Part shown: one piece after another, positions 10,860 to 18,075 of the stretch
How positions within the stretch are numbered: position 1 is the stretch's first letter
Layout: each line of letters begins with the position of its first letter
Origin: Octopus sinensis
Taxonomy: Eukaryota
Assembly (NCBI RefSeq): GCF_006345805.1
Contig: NW_021824496.1
Coordinates: 1 to 18,075, forward strand
Direction of reading: 5' to 3'
DNA: 18,075 nt
The notes under the pieces: model-generated
Database searches by the model: none
Told to the model about the DNA's origin: nothing
Seen by the model: the letters and a program-made list of their open reading frames with translations, nothing else
Program-made: the position numbers and the translations under genes

Positions 10860-11530
10860 ATTAATCATAACATATGAAACAAGAGCTAACTAGAATTATG
10901 AAAATACGCAGGGACATTGAAGACAAACTTATGAATGTTCTTTGGACCAACATCACCAGCAGTAGCAGCAGCAGCAGCAATGACAATAGTGGGAGTGGTA
11001 GTAACGATTGCACAGAAGATAACAGCAGTAGTAGTAGAACCGTGCCAAAATATGATACTTTAAACCTGTCCGTTATTGTAGACTGGCACCTTAAGAAGTC
11101 AGTGGAATATTACGATTGCAAACACGAAGCATGAATATAATTGTGTAATCAATGAATAAGTGTTTCGTTATGGGAGTTCAAATCATACAAAAGGCTTTTT
11201 GTGAATATCCTGGGGAAAATACAAATATCAATGATGAAGTGTTAAAAAACTAAAAAGAAAAAAATTACCAGACACACTAAAATTATGAAAATTTTATGAG
11301 ATGCCATGCGGGAAAGAAAATTGAAATATCTTTGACACTTAATTAGAAGAAAACTTGGATTACAGGGACTGATAATAAATGGGGAAAATGGTAGAGCAAA
11401 ACCAAGAATTGCGCGGAAGAATAATATGAAGAATTGGACGGACTTAAGATACATGGATTCTAATAAACGCAGGCCATGGATAACCAAGATGGCGATGCAT
11501 GAAATTCAGCCGCCTGAGAGCAGACGATAA
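10860..11530 (+). mobile_element. Decayed RTE-clade LINE C-terminal remnant, interrupted by an (AGC/AGT)-rich tract
   Basis: 11306-11530 reads MRERKLKYL*HLIRRKLGLQGLIINGENGRAKPRIARKNNMKNWTDLRY, resembling the RTE C-terminal RKLKYFGH..GRGRPR..W..NIKEWT motif. Upstream ISW/NDEVLK remnants at about 11205-11250. The part 5' of 11200 is weakly supported. Confidence 0.68.
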
Positions 11531-11602
11531 CCAGAGCATTTTTGAAAGGAGGAAATTCAGACGCATGAGAGCAGACGACAGCCAGAACGTTTTTGAACGG
11601 AG
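11501..11602 (+). repeat. 51-bp tandem duplication (2 copies)
   Basis: 11501-11551 vs 11552-11602, 44/51 identical. Confidence 0.9.
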
Positions 11603-11619
11603 GTCGGGGCGATTATGGT

Positions 11620-11990
11620 TGACATGAGCTTAAACAACAGCAAAAATAGCAGCTGTTACCTATGTGGTTGTGCCTTTGGCGAAGGTAATTGTGTTGGGGA
11701 CGAGATTGAAAGGACAGATACCTTCCTCGTTGAAGAAAACTCTCATTAACGTTCTCAAGTTTCACTTGGTAAGGAAAATGAGGATGGAGAGGAATGTTTT
11801 CTTGACAGGTGGATGAGAGTGGCAAAGATCGTCTAAATAAACGGGCCTGTTCTGAGTATGGATCTATAGATTGGAGAAGGACGACAGAGAGCTAATCTTT
11901 ACCTAAGTAGTAAGGGTAACTAAAAATTTATGGGGTTCCTACAAGGAGTCATCGAAAGCCTTCTTGCAGTTGGAGAATACAGAGTCCGCC
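11620..11990 (-). mobile_element. Highly decayed LINE AP-endonuclease C-terminal remnant (I/Nimb/Ingi-like)
   Basis: Motifs in the expected order across frames: LCIL (11984-11973), (D)LALCRPS, VYLDDLCHS-HPPV (cf. DDLCGSDHFPI), K*NLR..N.ESF (cf. KWNLKKANW..F). Confidence 0.5.
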
Positions 11991-12121
11991 AAAAAATGTA
12001 TACACACTTCACAAAAGGAAAGAAAATCTGTATAAATATTTTTATTAAATGTTTTTGTAATTTATTCAGTATTATCGCGATTTGATGAAACACCGAAAGA
12101 GTTTTCTATATTTACAGAGGT

Positions 12122-12501
12122 GTGTGGAAGCACTCCGTCGGTTACGACGACGAGGGCTCCGGTTGATCCGATCAACGGAACAGCCTGCTCGTGAAATTAA
12201 CGTGTAAGTGGCTGAGCACTCCACAGACACGTGTACCCTTAACGTAGTTCTCGGGGATATTCAGCGTGACACAGAGAGTGACAAGGCCGGCCCTTTGAAA
12301 TACAGGTACAACAGAAAGAGGAAGTAAGAGTGAGAGAAAGTTGTGGTGAAAGAGTACAGCAGGGATCACCACCATCCCCTGCCGGAGCCTCGTGGAACTT
12401 TTAGGTGTTTTCGCTCAATAAACACTCACAACGCCCGGTCCGGGAATCGAAACCACGACCGCGAGTCCACTGCCCTAACCACTGGGCCATTGAGCCTCCA
12501 C
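12122..12501 (-). mobile_element. SINE family C, full length with 10-bp TSD
   Basis: tRNA head GTGGAGGCTCAATGGCCCAGTGGTTAGG..GGTTTCGATTCCCGG. TSD TTACAGAGGT at 12112-12121 and 12502-12511. Confidence 0.9.
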
Positions 12502-12711
12502 TTACAGAGGTACACATACATGTTAAATATTTATACAGAATTTTCCTTTCCTGAATTGTGTATATATTTTTTTTTAGTCCAGAAATAATTCGTTGAAAAT
12601 ATATAGAAACAGAAAGAAGAGAGATAAGGAAGAAAAAGAAAGAAAAGAATAAAGGGTGGGTAAAGCAGTAAAGTAGGCAATAGGCCACATACTCTAGAAC
12701 AAATGGTGTGC

Positions 12712-13255
12712 TCAGTTGTGCCCCGCGGTGATGATCATGATGGCACTGCAGCGGAGAATGGCCAGCGAAACTCGCTGCAGCAGCCACACCCTCTCTCGAG
12801 GCTCATTTATCCGACGGGTCACCTTCATCTCTATCTTGAAGAGGAAATCTGTTGTACGAAGGTGGCGAGCTGGCAGAAACGTTAGCACGCCGGGCGAAAT
12901 GCGTAGCCGTATTTCGTCTGCCGCTATGTTCTGAGTTCAAATACCGCCGAGTTCTACTTTGCCTTTCATCCTTTCGGGGTCGATAAATTAAGTACCAGTT
13001 ACGTACTGGTGTCGGTGTAATCGACTTAATCCGTTTGTCCTTGTTTGTCCCCTCTGTGTTTAGCCCCTTCTGGGTAGTAAAGAAATAGAAATCTGTTGTA
13101 CGGGGCCCTAGAACTCCTGTACAAACTGATAGCGGCCGGTCAAGCCCTGTTTTCTTTTCTCCTCTGCGTTACGGACAACGACACCTGGGGTTTTTTTCCA
13201 GCCGGAGCAGCAAGGTTTTGTATACGTTTTGTTGACACATAAAACTTCAATCAGT
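12712..13255 (-). mobile_element. CRE-clade non-LTR retrotransposon C-terminal (restriction-like endonuclease) remnant, split by a SINE
   Basis: With the SINE and one TSD removed: ..CV..PG....AEEKRKQGLTGRYQFV/[shift]TGVLGPRTTDFLFKIEMKVTRRINEPRERVWLLQRVSLAILRCSAIMIITAGHN* (stop 12714-12712). Resembles the CRE C-terminal ETTGVLGP..FL..L.QR.SLA..RGNA motif. Confidence 0.72.
12859..13087 (+). mobile_element. SINE family A full monomer with 15-bp TSD
   Basis: TSD GAAATCTGTTGTACG at 12844-12858 and 13088-13102. Confidence 0.95.
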
Positions 13256-13754
13256 TTTTCTGTAACTTTGTAATTATAATATCCTTTTTTTTCTTTTTTT
13301 TTGTGACCCCTGGTGAATAATAAAGAAACCACTATCATCATCACCACCATCATCTCTATTAACTAAATAATTTCCATAATTTTCTGAGATGAACAAAGAA
13401 GATTTTGAACCTCAGATTGTTTGTGAGACTAGAAAAACATTTTAAAAGATTTACAACAGTGTTAACACAAAATTCGAGCACTCTTCTCCTCTCCCACTTT
13501 CCCTCCCTCTTCCTTCTCAATGCATTTGATATAAAACAAGGACAATAGTTGCCATCAGTTTCCGTCCATCGGTTGGGAATTTGAAGGTCCCTAATTCCCA
13601 AATTTATTTCGTATTTGATCGATAATGTTTTTGATATCGGATGAGGTCTCATCTCTATTGAAAATATTTCTTTCTGCCGTGTGGGTTTAGATTATTGTCT
13701 GATTACAAAGGTTCATCTCTTCAATATTGGGTTTGCTTAGAATTTCTCAAGTTC

Positions 13755-13788
<34 letters not shown>

Positions 13789-13805
13789 TATTATTATTAT
13801 TATTA

Positions 13806-13839
<34 letters not shown>

Positions 13840-13841
13840 CA

Positions 13842-14247
13842 TTCTCTTTTACTCTTTTCTCTTTTACATGTTTCAGTCATTTGACTGTGGCCATGCTGGA
13901 GCACCGCCTTTAGATCTGGAGCAAATCGACCCCAGGACTTATTCTTTGTAAGCCTAGTACTTATTCTATCGGTCTCTTTTTGCCGAACTTCTAAGTTACG
14001 GGGACGTAAACACACCAGCATCGGTTGTCAAGCGATGTTGGGGGGGGGACAAAACAGAGACACACAAAAATATACACACACACACATATATATACGACGG
14101 GCTTCTTTCAGTTTCCGTCTACCAAATCCTCTCGCAAGGCTTTAGTCGGCCCGAGGCTATAGTAGAAGACACTTGCCCAAGGTGCTACGAAGTGGACTGA
14201 ACCCGGAACCATGTGGTTCGCATGCAAGCTACTTACCACACAGCCAC
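13842..14247 (-). mobile_element. SINE family B (CORE-like), near full length
   Basis: Reverse complement reads GTGGCTGTGTGGTAAGTAGC..GGTTCCGGGTTCAGTCC..ACCTTGGGCAAGTGTCTTCTACT..GGCGGTGCTCCAGCATGGCC..GTAAAAGAG. Confidence 0.9.
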
Positions 14248-14255
14248 ATTTATTA

Positions 14256-14309
<54 letters not shown>

Positions 14310-14322
14310 TATTATTATTATT

Positions 14323-14877
14323 GAGTGAGAGAGCAGTTCATGCCATCAAAGTGACACTGGAGTAAAATATACGAAGCCCAATATACCCATCATGACTACC
14401 CGTCTGATAAGGGTACACCAGGCACATGCATCACAACCATATGTGCGCGACAGGGTGATCTCATATCAAGATAAACAGCACATGACCTTGTAGGTGGGGC
14501 CCAGTTAGAAATTTCTTCAGGTTGAGTAGCCCATCCCGCTCAAAAGGTCCCTGAATAAGGGTTGTTTAAGGATGTTGAACGAAACACCCATGTTTCCAGA
14601 GGTGAATCATTCAAACCCCAAACATCCCTCTCAACACATGGCTATGATGCTCCCCCACTACTTCTGCTCGTGATCAGAGATGCACATATCGTCAGCCACT
14701 AAGGGACATGCTCAACTGGTTAAGGTCAAACAACTGACAAGCAAATCTGTGGTATTGAGCAGATTATTTGCTGTAGCCCATCTTTTATACCAAGACAAAA
14801 CAAAGTACGTGATAACACTTCCAATCAGTTAAGATCAGAAGCCATGAGAAACCACTGCCTGGTACGGCATCAGGGCA
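14323..14877 (-). mobile_element. Element D: 555-bp non-coding repeat bounded by (TAA)n on both sides; candidate non-autonomous Dong/R4-mobilised element
   Basis: Second copy of its 3' end at 9951-10008 with the same (AAT)n tail. No long ORF and no tRNA A/B boxes seen. The Dong link is inference. Confidence 0.65.
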
Positions 14878-14911
14878 ATTATTATTATTATTGTTATCAT
14901 TATTATTATTA

Positions 14912-14957
<46 letters not shown>

Positions 14958-14993
14958 TATTATTGCTATTATTATTATTATTATTATTATTAC

Positions 14994-15068
<75 letters not shown>

Positions 15069-15083
15069 TACTATTATTATTAC

Positions 15084-15132
<49 letters not shown>

Positions 15133-15159
15133 TGTTAACATTTATTACTGTTTACGTCG

Positions 15160-15295
15160 AACGACAGCGAACTGGTAGAGTCCCAAAAAAACATTGCGGT
15201 ATTTGTTCCGCGTTCAAATCTAGCCGAAGTCGATTTTTGCCTTTCAGCATGGGAGTCATATAAACTGAAGTGCCGCCAGTCGTGGGACTGAGTTC
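15160..15295 (+). mobile_element. Very diverged family A remnant
   Basis: GCGAACTGGTAGA..GCGGTATTTG..GTTCAAATCTAGCCGAAGTCGATTTTTGCCTTTCA. Confidence 0.55.
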
Positions 15296-15759
15296 AATAT
15301 AAAATTGAATAACCGCCTTCTTTCGAAGAAACTGTTCGTCTTGCACCAAAATCAAAAAAATCAAAAACAAAATAAGAAGTAAAAAGCAAAAAAAACAACA
15401 ACAGCAAAACAACAAAGATCAACAAAATGTCCGAACCAACAAACTTGAAAGCTTAGCGATATAATATATTCTGATAAAATTATATCGATGGCGACTGCAA
15501 AACATATGAGAAAATAAAACAGTCGTTTCTCACAAAGCGAATAACTTGACTCTCTCAATTCTCTTAAAAAGGAATCTATTCTCATCTCACCCAAACGCAC
15601 ACAAAATACATAGAAAAGAATCAGAGTTGATGAATATTAATTGTAATAATTTTCTGTTCTATATTCTTGTATTGCTGAAGTACTGAAGATATTGGAATAA
15701 ATTTTGGTATCCTCTGGGATCGGGGCCTTGCTTCAGTAATGTCGTTTCACTATCATCAT

Positions 15760-15854
15760 CATCATCATCATCATTACCTTCTTCTTCTTCTTCTTCTTCT
15801 TCCTCCTGCTCCTCCTGCTCCTCCCTTCCTCCTCCTGCTCCTCCTCCTCCTCCT

Positions 15855-15885
<31 letters not shown>

Positions 15886-16206
15886 ATCTCGTCCTCCTTC
15901 CTTCTCCTCGTCGTCCTCTTCTTTGTTGTTGTCGTCGTCGTCGTCCTCTTCGTCGCCCTTCTCCTCTTCTTCTTCCGCCTCCTCCTCCTCTTCTTCTTTT
16001 TCTTCTTCTTCTTCATCCTCTTCTTTTTCTTCTTCTTCTTCTTCTTCTTCTTCTTCCTCCTCCTCCTCCTCCTCCTCCTCCTCTTCTTCTTCTTCTTCTT
16101 CTTCCTCCTCCTCCTCCTCCTCTTCTTCTTCTTCTTCTTCTTCTTCTTCTTCTTCCTCCTGCTCTCCTCCTCCTCCTCCTCCTTCTTCTTTCCTCTTCCT
16201 CTTCTA
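15760..16206. repeat. (TCA)/(TTC)/(CTC)/(GTC) polypyrimidine-rich trinucleotide tract
   Basis: Read directly from the sequence. Confidence 0.95.
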
Positions 16207-16514
16207 CATGGACAGTGGCTGCTGTTCCTTTAAATTCCGCCATCACCGGGCAAACTAAATGATTTATATATTTATTGTTCCTACCGAAATCCTAAATCGG
16301 AAATACATTTGCGTAATTAACGCCTTTCCATCATATACCCCAGTAACTGCGTTAATCAATGTCAGCCAATGGAATTACATCTTCTCAGATGCTCTATTCA
16401 GTTGCTCCCAACTTCACCCTCAACTTGTGAAGTGCTAGAAAGTGCAACTCAATCTATCTCAAATTTTATCGTACCTTCTCAAAAGACTAGCGACGCTGGA
16501 CGATATTTTGCCGC

Positions 16515-16518
16515 GCAC

Positions 16519-16564
<46 letters not shown>

Positions 16565-16713
16565 ACACACACACACACACAAACACACACATATCTATAT
16601 ATACATATATGATTGGTCAAAAACAGTTCGTAAGATTCAGCCTGTTGGAATTTCATGATTAATATATTATTTATACTCGATTGTACAAACTTCGATATAT
16701 ATATATGTATGTG

Positions 16714-16753
<40 letters not shown>

Positions 16754-16841
16754 ATATTATATATATATATATATATCATATATCTTCTTTATATATATAT
16801 ATCTATATATATATATATATAATATATATTTATATATGTCT

Positions 16842-16872
<31 letters not shown>

Positions 16873-16920
16873 GTATATATATATATATATTATATATATA
16901 ATATATATAATATATATATA
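16515..16920. repeat. (CA)n at 16515-16590 and (TA)n at 16695-16920
   Basis: Read directly from the sequence. Confidence 0.95.
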
Positions 16921-18075
16921 GTAGTAACAGAAAAGAGAATTTCGGTTGTCCCCACATGGTGGATGTAATGTATTAAGAAATTGAAGACGGAAAATACGCA
17001 CACTTACACGGTTATAGTATAATTTTTAATGTATCGACCGATTTCGCAATCGCTATTCATGATATAATGTTTAATTTATATGAAAATATATTTTTTCTTA
17101 AGAAGAAATTGGGTCCATGTTGTTTGTAAGGAAATTCACGAGTGAATGATTTTACAAGTTGACAAGTAAAGGGAAGTAATTGGTTGTTATTATTGTTATT
17201 GTTGCGTGTAAGGGAGATAATTGTTTAGGTTTTGAGTGGGTAATAAATATGTGTACTGAAAGGAGACAGGTTTAAAACAAAAAGGGGCCTTGCTTAGTAG
17301 AAGATTTATGTTCAGTGATGTAATATGTAAAAATATAAAAATTGGTTATGCGTGCTTATTAAGACGCGTTTTGTATTTTTCAATGAAAATAGTTTCTTTA
17401 TTTAAGCGTTCTAGTTGAGAGATTGTGTCTTTGCACTGGTAGAAAGGGAAGACTGTAAAATTTGGTTTGATGTTACCTGCATATTTTTCTATGTGTTCAC
17501 TAAGAGGAATTTTTCTGTATTGCGGGAAACGGATTTGCTCTTTATGCAGAGTGATTCTCTTCCTCAAAGTTAAACTCGTTTGTCCAATGTACTGATGACT
17601 GCAACACGAGCAGGTTATTACATAAATTAGGTTCTCAGAGGCACAGCTGAAACTAGTTTTAATTATGAACCTCTGTCCTTGTTTGAAAAGGAAATCCGAG
17701 CCTTCAAGCAGGTGGGGGCAGGTCCCACAGTTCGGGCGTCCACATTTTCAACCGTTGGTTTCGTGGTTGTTCTGTAAAGCTTCGCATTTGTTAGTAGTCT
17801 CTTTAGCGATTTGTCTTGTTTTTTGCATTTGATGAGTTTGTGTGTTTTCAGGATGTCGCTCATTTTTGGATCTCTAGTTAGTAAAAGGACAGTTTGCACA
17901 ATAGTGTTGAATGTCTCACTGTTTCTGGGGTTGTGTGTTGATATAAAAACTAATGTTTTGGTTTGAGGTGTGGTGCTATGTTTTTTGTTCTTAGTGTTTT
18001 TGTGTCTAATTGTTTGGCACGTTTAATTCCCTCGTCGATACGAGAGGGTGGATATTGTCTTTCAATATGTGTTGC
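16921..18075 (-). mobile_element. Penelope-like element 3' part: RT C-terminus/linker, GIY-YIG endonuclease and 3' pseudo-LTR region; continues beyond the window
   Basis: ERQYPPSRIDEGIKRAKQLD..LVFISTHNPRN..KSLKRLLTNAKL..CGRPNCGTC..ENLIYVITCSCCSHQYIGQTSLTLRKRITLHK..KETIFIEKYKTRLN, stop at 17348-17346. Two 1-nt frameshifts (about 17983 and 17745). The 3' boundary at the (TA)n tract is inferred. Confidence 0.92.
17031..17066 (-). ncRNA. Candidate minimal type I hammerhead ribozyme with an A3-U8 core variant
   Basis: Minus strand: UAUC-AUGAAUA-GC(GAUU)GC-GAAA-UCGG-UC/GAUA. 4-bp helix I, 2-bp helix II, near-palindromic AUCGGU helix III, GUC triplet. Lies about 280 nt downstream of the Penelope stop codon. 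Confidence 0.6.

Larger units (their letters stand above)
13757..15133. repeat. Three (ATT)n arrays (13757-13839, 14248-14322, 14878-15133) separated by two inserted elements
   Basis: Read directly from the sequence. Confidence 0.95.

Noticed and set aside
10874-11134. 86-aa ORF MKQELTRIMK.. as a host gene
   Set aside because: Contains a simple-repeat Ser tract and lies in line with RTE remnants; no homology recognised.
11828-11839. YLDD on the minus strand as an LTR-type RT active site
   Set aside because: No flanking RT motifs; the context fits the DDLCGSDH end of a LINE endonuclease better.
14800-14877. HDV-like ribozyme at the 5' end of element D
   Set aside because: I could not assemble P1/P2/P3 pairings by hand; only a small hairpin is evident.
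16921-16962. Kozak-like CCACCATG on the minus strand near the Penelope 3' end
   Set aside because: It opens only about 12 codons before running into (TA)n; no evidence of function.

Overview
AT-rich eukaryotic non-coding DNA (intergenic or intronic) with no supportable intact host gene. The SINE families and extreme microsatellite load resemble octopus/coleoid cephalopod genomes; this is recall-based inference, not a database result. The window contains: about ten copies of one tRNA-derived SINE family (A), including three dimers sharing one junction; two other SINE families (B, C); and manually translated decayed coding remnants of five retroelement groups (R4/Dong, RTE, I-group endonuclease, CRE, Penelope). 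It also has a 555-bp non-coding element embedded in (TAA)n, with a second truncated copy, and many simple repeats. Almost all ORFs in the supplied track are microsatellite or SINE translations. The top lead is a minimal type I hammerhead-like motif (17031-17066, minus strand) downstream of a fairly young Penelope GIY-YIG ORF. Its core reads AUGAAUA rather than CUGANGA, an A3-U8 swap that preserves the 3-8 base pair.
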